From Alphaproteobacteria bacterium (GTDB taxonomy: Bacteria > Pseudomonadota > Alphaproteobacteria > GCA-2731375), in NCBI GenBank assembly GCA_965232515.1, contig CBDDPY010000002.1:6464001-6528000 (forward strand): DNA of 64,000 nucleotides, given 5' to 3'. The position numbers and the translations under genes are program-made. The notes under the pieces were generated by a model. The model ran no database searches and had not been told where the DNA came from. It saw nothing but the letters and a program-made list of their open reading frames with translations. Below are positions 38,964 through 47,848 of the stretch, one piece after another. Position 1 is the stretch's first letter; the number at the start of each line of letters is the position of its first letter.

Positions 38964-39650
38964 TTAGGAGGGCACGCCGTCCTCGCTGACGACTCCGGGC
39001 TTGATGAGCCCCGACGTCGCATCTGCGAAACCGTGCAGCATGAACTGGATGGCGACTGCACACAGAAAAAGCCCAAGAATGCGCGTAGCAATATCGAGGC
39101 CGTTTTGACCCAGGAGTTTCTGAACCAGACCGCCTGCCAGCAGAACTGTCATTACGACAAGCGTGGCGCCCACGGCGACGATCGACATGGCGAGACTGGC
39201 GGTCAGAGACGTTGCGTGATGGGCAAAGACGATCACCGTACTGATGGTGCTGGGTCCGACAAACATAGGAACACCGATCGGAACCAAAATGCCGCTTAGT
39301 CGCGCTCCGGCAATAGCCAGATTGGAACCGTTCTCCGGAATGTCACGCTTCGCATCGGCGGTGACCTCGAGAGTGCCGCGCGCCATGCTCAGCCCCACCA
39401 GCAGGATGATAATTCCGCCCGCGATGCGAAACGCCGGCAACGTGATCCCGAAGAAACTCAGAACCATCGTGCCGGTGTAAATGAACAGGATGACAAATAC
39501 GGCGATGAAGACGCTCAAAAGAACTGCCATTTGCAGCCGCACAATCGGGCGTGCGTCGGATGTTGCGCTCACGAAGACCGGCAGATTGCCCAGCGGGTTC
39601 AGTACCGCGACTAACGCGGTGAAAAAGCTGATGTAGAAACTGGTGTCCAC
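38964..39650 (-). CDS. marC: MarC family integral membrane protein
   Basis: VLNPLGNLPVF, FGITLPAFRIAGGII, VPIGVPMFVGPSTI, TRILGLFL; GTG 39650 with GAAGGA RBS. Confidence 0.92.
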   Translation of the reverse strand: MDTSFYISFFTALVAVLNPLGNLPVFVSATSDARPIVRLQMAVLLSVFIAVFVILFIYTGTMVLSFFGITLPAFRIAGGIIILLVGLSMARGTLEVTADAKRDIPENGSNLAIAGARLSGILVPIGVPMFVGPSTISTVIVFAHHATSLTASLAMSIVAVGATLVVMTVLLAGGLVQKLLGQNGLDIATRILGLFLCAVAIQFMLHGFADATSGLIKPGVVSEDGVPS

Positions 39651-39733
39651 GGTTCGTCCTTCGGATCGGCAGACATCGCTGCGCGACGCATGACAGCTGT
39701 CGCCAATCCATACCGGACGCCGTTTGACCATGT

Positions 39734-39749
39734 CGGACCATCCCCGGAC
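39734..39749 (-). promoter_or_regulatory. Direct-repeat box upstream of marC-MFS
   Basis: Minus strand GTCCGGGGATGGTCCG, TATGGAT 21 nt downstream. Confidence 0.65.
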
Positions 39750-39926
39750 GGCGTCGGCGAACGGCGCTTCGTGTGCAGGGGGTTTGACGACGCGGTCCGA
39801 ACCGGATGCAAGGGGGATGGGGAAAGTCCGTATCGGTACCGTCCTCGTCCCTGAGGACGGCCGCCGAGGGACAACGCGTTTTCGATGGGCGCCGACGCTA
39901 GTGCAACACTGGGACCGGATAGGCCT

Positions 39927-42248
39927 TTAGAGATCCGCCATCATGGCTTCGATTTCGGCGATCAGGGCCGTCCGATCCGGGGTTGCCGCCCCGCTGCGGG
40001 CGACGTCGAGGGCTTCGCCGTAGAGGGTCCGTGCTTCCTCGGCAGCGTCATGTTCGGCAAGCACGTGGCCCGCCTCCTGCCAGTATTTGGCGGCCAGCGC
40101 CGGTTCATCGGAGGCCGAATAGTGCCGGGCGATCTGTTCCGGCTCGGCGGTTGCGATCTGCGGAAACGCCGTCACGATGACATCGGCGACCCGGCGGTGG
40201 TACGCGCGCCGTGTCCTAAGCAGCATGGCCTCATAGACGGCGTCGCGGACCAGGACATGGCTAAAGCTGTACTCCAGCGTTTCACCGCGACCCCGCTCTT
40301 GCAGAATTCCGGCGTCTCCCAGGGCGGCCAGGGCGTTGTCGAGTTCGTCATCAGCGAGGCCGGCGACCCGCGCTAGGAGCTCACGAGGAAACGCGCGGCC
40401 GATAACCCCCGACCACTCGGCTACCTCTCGCGCCTCCCCGATCTGATCGAGCCGGGACGCCAGCAACCCTTGCAGCGTATCCGGGATGGCCCTGTTGTCC
40501 GCCAACGCGTGTTCGCCCCGGGGATGGGATGCCGCCATGCGCGTTATTTCGCGCAGGTAGAGCGGGACACCGTCGCTGCGCTCCGCGATATCGTCGATCA
40601 TGGCCGCGGGAAAGACCCCAGCATGGGCCTGCTCGGTCAGGAGGCGCATGCACTGGGACCGGCCCAGCGGTTCAAGCGTAACCCTGGTGGCCTCTTGGAG
40701 CCCCGGAAGCGTGACCGCGTAGTTGCTTCTGAAGCTGAGCACCAGCATGAGCGGTATCTCGGCGACCCGCGGAAGCAATCCCTCGAGCGTGGCGAGTGTC
40801 GATGAATCGGCCCACTGAAGGTCGTCGACCAGGAGCACGCCGGGGGCCGCCTGTGCGCTGGAGCCGATCATGAAGAGAAGCGCTTCCTGAGTCCGCTCGC
40901 GCTGGCGCTCGGGATCGAGGCTCAGAGCGGGGCGCTTGTGGGCGGGCGCCGAAACCGAAAGGAGCGAGGCCAGCAGGGACAGTTGGTCCGTTTCTGGGTA
41001 GCCGATCTTGTCCACGAACATCTCGATGGCCCGCAACTGCTTTAGCGGCGGCGTTTCAAGTTCGACGTCCAACATCCGTCGCAGCAGATCCAGCAGCGGA
41101 TACAACGGCGTCCTCCGGTGGTAGGGAGAACATTGGACCCGAAGGACCCTGTCTTCGGGTATGGCGATTTGCGACAGTAGCTCTTCACACAGGCGCGACT
41201 TGCCGATGCCGGGATCACCGCTCAGCACAACGATCCGACCCGTGCCATTCGCGGCACGGCGCCATTCGTTCTTGAGATGGATCAATTCCCAGTCCCGGCC
41301 AACGAAGGGCGGCTCCTCCCAACCGCCGGGCTGCAGCCCGCGGCTGTCCGCTCGGCCAACGGCGAAAAGCCTTTGCGGCTCTCCGTCCACGCAGAAAGTT
41401 GCGGCCTCGACCAGCGGAAACCGTTCCTCCAGGAGACCCGCCGTGACCGTATCCACGATCACGCGGGCATCCGCCGCATCGTGATCATGGTCGGGCGCAA
41501 AGACCGGATCGATCCCGATCAAGAGCTGGCCTGGCATCCCCGCCGTACCAGGGTCGACAATCGCCCGGCCGGTTGCGATGGCGACCGTCGCCTTCAGGTC
41601 CAGGCTCGACGCCAGGTCGATCAGGTTGCGTGCCGCCATTACGGCGACAATCGCGGGCTTTTCTGCGGCACGCGGGTAGCCGACATGGATCACCACGCGG
41701 CGGGCAGATTGCTGCGCGATGCTGCATGGCAGTCCGGCGAGGATATCCGTACACGCGTCGGCAAACGCATGCAGGGCCTCCTGCAACGCTTCGGGATCGG
41801 CTTTTGTCTCCGAGCGATCCAGACGGCATTCCAGCACTGAAACAAAGCGCCGTTCGGGCTTGCCGCGAGCCGGAGCGTCATGTTCGCCGGCGTCTGCCGC
41901 ATCATCGACGGGCGGCGCGCCGTCCGCGGGCGTCGCTTCTTCGGACTGAACGTCCGCTACGAAGCGATAGCCCCGGCCGTGGAACGTTTGAATCGGCTTG
42001 TCGGCGCTTCTGCTTTGACCGAGCGCGTGGCGTATGCGGCTCAGGCACCGGCTGAGCGTGCCGTCGCTGACGTAGATGCCGGGCCAGCAGCTCTCGAGCA
42101 GTTCCTCGCGCGAGACGACCCGCTCGCGGTTCTTGATCAGGAATACGAGGACGTCGAAGACTTTCGGTTCCGTCGGCAGCCATGTATCGCCGTGCAGCAG
42201 CTGGCGCCGGGACTCGTTCACCACAAATTCGCCAAAGGAATAAATCAT
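39927..42248 (-). CDS. Transcriptional regulator: OmpR-type winged helix, degenerate class III cyclase fold, AAA/STAND ATPase, short helical tail
   Basis: VFDVLVFLIKNRERVVSREELLESCW...LSRIRHALG...GRGYRF; FVGRDWEL, GDPGIGKS, LLVDDLQWAD, F.H.LVRDAVY. Confidence 0.88.
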   Translation of the reverse strand: MIYSFGEFVVNESRRQLLHGDTWLPTEPKVFDVLVFLIKNRERVVSREELLESCWPGIYVSDGTLSRCLSRIRHALGQSRSADKPIQTFHGRGYRFVADVQSEEATPADGAPPVDDAADAGEHDAPARGKPERRFVSVLECRLDRSETKADPEALQEALHAFADACTDILAGLPCSIAQQSARRVVIHVGYPRAAEKPAIVAVMAARNLIDLASSLDLKATVAIATGRAIVDPGTAGMPGQLLIGIDPVFAPDHDHDAADARVIVDTVTAGLLEERFPLVEAATFCVDGEPQRLFAVGRADSRGLQPGGWEEPPFVGRDWELIHLKNEWRRAANGTGRIVVLSGDPGIGKSRLCEELLSQIAIPEDRVLRVQCSPYHRRTPLYPLLDLLRRMLDVELETPPLKQLRAIEMFVDKIGYPETDQLSLLASLLSVSAPAHKRPALSLDPERQRERTQEALLFMIGSSAQAAPGVLLVDDLQWADSSTLATLEGLLPRVAEIPLMLVLSFRSNYAVTLPGLQEATRVTLEPLGRSQCMRLLTEQAHAGVFPAAMIDDIAERSDGVPLYLREITRMAASHPRGEHALADNRAIPDTLQGLLASRLDQIGEAREVAEWSGVIGRAFPRELLARVAGLADDELDNALAALGDAGILQERGRGETLEYSFSHVLVRDAVYEAMLLRTRRAYHRRVADVIVTAFPQIATAEPEQIARHYSASDEPALAAKYWQEAGHVLAEHDAAEEARTLYGEALDVARSGAATPDRTALIAEIEAMMADL

Positions 42249-42297
42249 CGTCTCAAACCGTTGTTTGCAGTGGTCGGTGCCGTCAGACCCTGTTTCA

Positions 42298-44436
42298 TCA
42301 TTCGACTATGTATTGCAGGGTGCGCGGCGTCGTCCGTTGTCCCGCCTGTATCAGGCGACTGGGACCGGAAAGCCGGCGGCGGAATTCGTCCGTGACCCGG
42401 CGCGCCTGCGAGGCATCGTGAATGAGTCTCGGTGTGATGATCACCAACAGCTCCGTCCGGTCGTCCTTGTTGCTGGTGGACCGGAACAGGGTGCCCGCAA
42501 CGGGAATGTCGCCCAGAAGCGGAACCTTGGTCCGTGATCTCTCGCGCCTGTCGCGGATGAGTCCGCCAAGCGCAACGCTCTGGCCGTCGTCGACGGCCAC
42601 GGTCGTGGTGATGATGCGCTGTTGTATCGTCGGTGAATCGATTCCCGACGTGACGGTCGAAATCACGTCGCTCACTTCCTGATCGATCTCCAGTATCACC
42701 CGGCCCGACGAACTGACGCGCGGGCGGACCTTGAGAATGACACCCGTGTCCTCCTGCGTGATCGAATTGACAATCGGCGCGTCCGGGTCGGACGTGCTAA
42801 CCACGCTTTGGGTCGCGATCGGTACCTTGTCGCCGACGCTGAGCAGGGCCTCCCGGTTGTCGAGTACTAGCACCGATGGGGTCGAGACGATGTTGACATC
42901 CGTAACAGAGTCCAGGGCATTGATTGCCGCGCGGATGTCGCTCGTAGCGAAAATCGCATTGAAGCTCGGAATGAGCGCGGCCGGCTGTACCGATCCGGAT
43001 TGGATGCCTGTGAAATTGAAGTTGAAATTCCCGGTCTCGAAGAACCATCTGACACCAAAGTCGAGATCATCGTTCAAGGTTACTTCGGCGATAGTCGCCT
43101 CCAACAGGACCTGATGAGCGACCTGATCAAGCCGGGTAATAAGCTGGCCGATTTGCTGCTGCTCCGCCCCGGTACCGAAGGCAATAATCGCGTTGCTGAC
43201 GTCGTCCGCCACGACCCTGGGTGGCGCGCCGGTACGTTGCCCGCCACTCGCCTCCGCCTCGGCCGCGCCCGATGTCGCCCCCGTCGCGGTCGCATCCGTT
43301 ACGACTGAAGGCCCGAACGACAGCAGTTCCGCAAGGACCGGAAGGAGATCGACGGCCGTGCGGTTTTCGAGATGGTAAATGACGGCACGACGGATCTCCT
43401 GGCCCGCAGCCGATTCGAACCGCTCGATCCAGGCCTCGGCGCGGGCGACATAGTCCGGCTGCGACGAAATAATGAGGATTGAGGACAGGGTGTCGTTGGG
43501 CACGAAGCGCACCACGCCCTCGAGCGCGCCGCCTTCGTAGGCATCGAATACCTGTTCGAGCTCACTTGCGATCTCGGATGGGTCCGCATTCCGGAGCGTA
43601 TAGAGCGAAACCGATTTGTCCCGAAGCACGTCGATATCGAATGTGCTGACGGCATCGAGGATCGCGTCGATATCCGCGCCGCTGCCGCCGGCGAACAAGA
43701 TGTTGCGCTGCCTGTTCGAGCTCATGGTCACCGACGGCGAGACGATCGGTTGCAGGATGCGGATCATTTCTGTCGCGGAGATGAACTTCAACGGCAAGAC
43801 GTACACGGCCCGGTCCGCGGGGCGCGTGCGTGCGCTCAATCGAAACCGGGACACCCCAACGGTGGCGGGGATTGCCTCGACGACATAAACGTTGTTTTCC
43901 AGTTTCAGCGACAGGCCATTCAATTCCAGGACAGTATTGAATGTCTCGAGCAGGTCGTTGCGGTTGAGCGGACTGGTGGTGAGCAACGTGATCGTGCCTT
44001 GGGCATCGGGTGCAAGTGAGTAGCTGGCACCCAACGTGTCGCCCAGAATCGCCTTCGTGGCCTGCGCGACGGGAACCTCCATCAGGTTGACAGAATAGGT
44101 GCCGTCGTCGACCTGTTGTATTGTGATTTCGGGCAGAAGTCTGCCGGTTCGGCCGATGAATTCGCCGCTTCCAATCTGGCGATACGCAGATCGCGTGCCC
44201 ACGTTCCCCGACGGTGCGGCCGGCGCTGGAGTCGCACCAGGCGTTCGTCCTGCGGTATCCGGCGGTACGGGCTGGACCGGGTGGAGATCGCCCGGTTCCG
44301 TTTTCGACGCCACGCAGCCGACGAGGATCAGCATCGCAGCCAGAAGAACCGCCGGCCCCGTGGCAACTGCGCGGCAACACGTCCTGCCAAAAGACGGCGG
44401 CGCCCTGTGAACGCTTCCGAACAGCATCTTCAACAC
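42298..44436 (-). CDS. gspD: GspD/XpsD-type lipoprotein secretin (start approximate, GTG 44436 or ATG 44427)
   Basis: Lipobox LLAAMLILVGC; N0-N3 domains (AILGDTLGASY, PLKFISATEM); QVLLEATIAEVTLNDDL.FGV.W, SPTIQQR.I.T, VPLLGDIPVAG.LF, RTELLVIITP. Confidence 0.88.
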   Translation of the reverse strand: MLKMLFGSVHRAPPSFGRTCCRAVATGPAVLLAAMLILVGCVASKTEPGDLHPVQPVPPDTAGRTPGATPAPAAPSGNVGTRSAYRQIGSGEFIGRTGRLLPEITIQQVDDGTYSVNLMEVPVAQATKAILGDTLGASYSLAPDAQGTITLLTTSPLNRNDLLETFNTVLELNGLSLKLENNVYVVEAIPATVGVSRFRLSARTRPADRAVYVLPLKFISATEMIRILQPIVSPSVTMSSNRQRNILFAGGSGADIDAILDAVSTFDIDVLRDKSVSLYTLRNADPSEIASELEQVFDAYEGGALEGVVRFVPNDTLSSILIISSQPDYVARAEAWIERFESAAGQEIRRAVIYHLENRTAVDLLPVLAELLSFGPSVVTDATATGATSGAAEAEASGGQRTGAPPRVVADDVSNAIIAFGTGAEQQQIGQLITRLDQVAHQVLLEATIAEVTLNDDLDFGVRWFFETGNFNFNFTGIQSGSVQPAALIPSFNAIFATSDIRAAINALDSVTDVNIVSTPSVLVLDNREALLSVGDKVPIATQSVVSTSDPDAPIVNSITQEDTGVILKVRPRVSSSGRVILEIDQEVSDVISTVTSGIDSPTIQQRIITTTVAVDDGQSVALGGLIRDRRERSRTKVPLLGDIPVAGTLFRSTSNKDDRTELLVIITPRLIHDASQARRVTDEFRRRLSGPSRLIQAGQRTTPRTLQYIVE

Positions 44437-44679
44437 ATGTCCGCCACGTTTCAGGTCCGCTGCGTAGCCCGCCGCAAGTCGCCTGTCTCGCCAGTGCCAC
44501 GCTAATCCAAGTTGCGTGAGTAGTCGAACGCGAGCGCCCGCAAAGGTTCTCGAGCCGTCTGTCGAACTATTCATGAGAACGCAGTCGACGGCCGCTAATC
44601 CAGGAGCCGGTCGTTGGTGGTGCAACAAGTTGGGCGTCGACGTCATCGCTTTTCGTACCATCGCCAGACGTCTCAGACC

Positions 44680-44706
44680 GTCCGAATAACGTCCGAACAC
44701 GGTCCG
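44680..44706 (+). promoter_or_regulatory. Triple direct-repeat box
   Basis: GTCCG-AATAAC-GTCCG-AACACG-GTCCG (11-bp period). Confidence 0.75.
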
Positions 44707-44781
44707 AATTCGTAAGGCCAAAAGTGTCCGCTGGAATGCAATCTTTGACGGGTCTCGCCGGGACAGAAGGCGAAGGTGCGC

Positions 44782-45249
44782 ATGAGCGACAAGGCGACCG
44801 CGGAAAAACTGTTTCAAGAACTCGGGCCCCTGCTTGACCCGGCTGCCATTGTCTATGACGACGCGGCCGCCCAGTGGGCCGTTGTCATCGACGATCGGAC
44901 CCGGATCGATGTGGGTTTCGATGAAACCGCCGGGCAGTTCGTCTTCGCCCTCGATCTTGGTCAGGTGCCCGACCGGAGCGCGGACACGGTACATGAGCTG
45001 CTGCTGCGTTTCAGTTTCTTGTGGCGCGAAACCGGAGGTCTGACCGCGGCGCTCGACGCCGAGGGCCGGGCTGTCCTGATGTACAGACATGCGGTGCAGG
45101 ACCTTGAGCTGCAGCGTTTGCACACCCTGTTGCAGAATCTCGTCCATCACCGTCGCATTTGGGCGGACCTGATCGCCAGGTCGGAGACGGAAGCGATCGA
45201 CGCCGCGGCGGCCGAGAGCCCGGCCCCGTTCGGCGCCATAAAGGTCTGA
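44782..45249 (+). CDS. CesT-like class I T3SS chaperone
   Basis: ELGPLLD...HELLLRFSFLWRETGGLTAALD; resembles 14631..15107 and 11781..12254. Confidence 0.88.
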   Translation: MSDKATAEKLFQELGPLLDPAAIVYDDAAAQWAVVIDDRTRIDVGFDETAGQFVFALDLGQVPDRSADTVHELLLRFSFLWRETGGLTAALDAEGRAVLMYRHAVQDLELQRLHTLLQNLVHHRRIWADLIARSETEAIDAAAAESPAPFGAIKV

Positions 45250-45273
45250 CACCGACACGGGAGGAGCGCGATC

Positions 45274-46515
45274 ATGACCGATCAGATTCGGATCAACGGG
45301 AAGACGGAATTCGCCGAGCTAAGCGCCTTCGTGCAGGCGCACAAGGGCAAGACCGCCTTTGCCCTGGATGACAACGGCATCCAGATCTATGCCAGTGACC
45401 GGGCCGCGGCCGAGCCGGATGCAAAAGGCCTTGCTGATGCCATGCGCAAAAGCGCGGCATCGCCGACGGGACAGGATCTGGCAAGAAAGGCGCTCTACAT
45501 TTCGCTTTCGAATACCTACGGCAAGGACGTCGCCGACCATGTGGTCATGCGCATGCGCCAGGACCTCTTGGCGCCGGACGCCAGTCTCAGCGATCTGATG
45601 AGCAAGGCGACGGACACGATCGACAACATGTTCAAGAGCGGCGGTCTGGACGACCAGTCTGAACTGTATCGGCAGCAGGCGGCCATCCTGGATGACGCGA
45701 AGTTAGTCGCGGACGCCGACCGGGCTGCCGGCAAGGACGGGGCCCCTAAAGATAAAAGGAACGCGGCGTTCGAGAACGGCCCGGTGTCTCTCTCGGACCG
45801 CACCTACGTCCCACCGGCCTCGGCGCACCCCCATGCGGATGGCATCGTCGCCGAACTCAGGGAACCCATCGCCTCACCGGTGGTCGCCGAGAAGGACGAC
45901 AAGGAACCGCCACGGCTCGATCCGCACAGTGGCAGCACCGCCGGCCTCGATACCAGAGAAGACGGCGATGACGACAATGAGGCCGTTCGCGAGGCGTCGA
46001 CAAAGGCCAACAAGGCGCCGGAGGAGCAGCTGTCTGCCGCCGCGGCGTCGGGCGCGATAAGGGAGCTGCCGGCCGACCTGGCGAAGGTGCACGGCGCCCT
46101 CGACAAAATGCAGGATGTCTATGACGACATTCAGCTGGCAGTTTCCAGATCGCAGCAGAAGCAAGCCGCGCGCCGCCGGGCCATGATCGGGAAAAACGGT
46201 GGCCACCGTGCGGCCACTGTCGATCAGGCCATGAACGCCACCTACCGCGACAACATACGGAAAATGATGGGCCAGAACTTCATCGACGTCGCCGAAAGAG
46301 GTGGCGGCAACGGCGTGCCCAGCTTTACCAAGCTGCTCGAGTCCGCCAACCTTCCGACCGACAATGCCGTCGTGCGGGACAAGGCCAAGGAATACGTGCT
46401 TGAGGCGTTCCGGAGCTACGACAAGAACGACTTCAACACACTGACGAATGCGCAGCGGGCGAACGATGTCGCCCTGCCGGCGCTGCAGAAGTACCACGAC
46501 TTGCGCGAGATCTAG
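45274..46515 (+). CDS. Candidate T3SS effector, 413 aa
   Basis: GGAGGAG RBS, follows a chaperone; KALYISLSNTYGKDVAD resembles a chaperone-binding helix. Confidence 0.65.
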   Translation: MTDQIRINGKTEFAELSAFVQAHKGKTAFALDDNGIQIYASDRAAAEPDAKGLADAMRKSAASPTGQDLARKALYISLSNTYGKDVADHVVMRMRQDLLAPDASLSDLMSKATDTIDNMFKSGGLDDQSELYRQQAAILDDAKLVADADRAAGKDGAPKDKRNAAFENGPVSLSDRTYVPPASAHPHADGIVAELREPIASPVVAEKDDKEPPRLDPHSGSTAGLDTREDGDDDNEAVREASTKANKAPEEQLSAAAASGAIRELPADLAKVHGALDKMQDVYDDIQLAVSRSQQKQAARRRAMIGKNGGHRAATVDQAMNATYRDNIRKMMGQNFIDVAERGGGNGVPSFTKLLESANLPTDNAVVRDKAKEYVLEAFRSYDKNDFNTLTNAQRANDVALPALQKYHDLREI

Positions 46516-46599
46516 GGCTGGTTCTGCGCAGGCGTTACGGAAGCGGCAGATACGGCCCCGGAGCCGAGCGTCGGCGGCGATGCCCTGTAAATCTTCGGT

Positions 46600-46711
46600 G
46601 TCATCCCGGCCTTGAGCCGGGATCCATCGCCCACCGGTTCCGGGACGCGCTGTCGCGATCCGGTCGCGCACCCTAGATCCCGGATCTCCGCTGCGCTTCG
46701 TCCGGGATGAC
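46600..46711. repeat. CGTC-family REP-like palindromic element
   Basis: GTCATCCCGGCCTTGAGCCGGGATCCA ... TCCCGGATCTCCGCTGCGCTTCGTCCGGGATGAC. Confidence 0.8.
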
Positions 46712-46748
46712 GGGCTGGGGCAGGCGCCGCAACGCCAACGCCAAACCG

Positions 46749-46779
46749 AAAAGGGGCCGCATGGATATCCATGCGGCCC
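46749..46779 (-). terminator. Intrinsic terminator of the translocon operon
   Basis: 26-bp perfect palindrome GGGCCGCATGGATATCCATGCGGCCC followed by CTTTT on the minus strand. Confidence 0.75.
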
Positions 46780-46804
46780 TGTTGCTCCGGTGTCGATGGT
46801 GCGA

Positions 46805-47635
46805 TCAGCCGATCTTCGTGGCGTTGGACGCCGCCTCCATCGACTTCGCCTGGGCCTGGGTGGCGCTGTCCATCGCGTCCGTTGTCTTGTTGATCGACGT
46901 GCCCGCGTCGTTGACGAGTTGGTCCATCGCCTGTCCGGTGTGTTCCGTCGATTTGGACTGGCTGTCGAGCGTGGTCAGTTTCGACTCGCCTTCTCCGATC
47001 TCCATTTCATAGTGACTGTCGACACCCGTGGCCGAGGCGTCAAAGACGCCGTTCATTCCCTGCGCGAGGCCGATGTTGCCCGGTTGCGCAATGCCGACGG
47101 CGCCGCTGGCGCCGGCGCCGGCGCCTTTGAGAGCGGCACCCCATATCGCCTTGTTCCGTCTCATCTTGGCGTTGTCGACCTGTTGGTCGGCTTTGTCCTG
47201 GGCGATGTTGTAGTCCGCGTTCATTTCGGCCAACGAGGCATCCGCGCCTGTCCTCTCCGCCTTCGCGTCGGCTGCTCCGATCTGCTGCAGCAGGGCGTAA
47301 ACGATCGCCAGGACGTTCTTGCAGTACGCGAAGGCCGCCGGAGTCAAGTTGTTGATCTGAGGATTATTGGCGGCGGTGTTCGGGTCCGCCTTGGGCGGAT
47401 CCAGGGGGGTGGACGCCGCCGCGCTGCCCCCATCGTTCTTGACATCTTGCTTGTGGTGGCGGTGGTGGTGGATGCCAAAGGGATCGTGCCCGAACCCGGG
47501 CCCGCCGTGCATGCCGGCGATGCCGCTCCCAGGGCGCATGCCTGGTCCGTGCGGTCCATGCCGATCGTGGGGGTCCGGACCGGCATTGGGATCGATCGCC
47601 GGGGGGTTGGTGGAGCCGTCAATCTGGTTGACCAT
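46805..47635 (-). CDS. sctB: Minor hydrophobic translocator SctB (YopD/IpaC-like), 276 aa
   Basis: Last gene after sycD and sctE; Gly/Ala hydrophobic segment (AIWGAALKGAGAGASGAVGIA); ATG 47635 with AAAGGA RBS. Confidence 0.7.
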   Translation of the reverse strand: MVNQIDGSTNPPAIDPNAGPDPHDRHGPHGPGMRPGSGIAGMHGGPGFGHDPFGIHHHRHHKQDVKNDGGSAAASTPLDPPKADPNTAANNPQINNLTPAAFAYCKNVLAIVYALLQQIGAADAKAERTGADASLAEMNADYNIAQDKADQQVDNAKMRRNKAIWGAALKGAGAGASGAVGIAQPGNIGLAQGMNGVFDASATGVDSHYEMEIGEGESKLTTLDSQSKSTEHTGQAMDQLVNDAGTSINKTTDAMDSATQAQAKSMEAASNATKIG

Positions 47636-47848
47636 TGTCTTGTCCTTTCTTCCAAGTCTGCGTTTAGTGTGAATTTGCCTGCATGAGCCGTGCGGCGACG
47701 GTCGTTCCAGGCGTCTGGGGGACGGCGTTCCGCGGGCCGCTTTCAGCCGTCCGGGACGGGCCTTGCGTGTCCGGCGGTACCGGCGGCGCAAGGGGCCTCG
47801 AGGTGGCGACGTTGCCTGTCATGGCGTCCGCCTTGTCGTTCCGGGTAC

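Noticed and set aside
44437-45258. 986-aa version of the secretin ORF
   Set aside because: The extension is the antisense shadow of the chaperone at 44782..45249 plus promoter DNA; the lipobox puts the start near 44430
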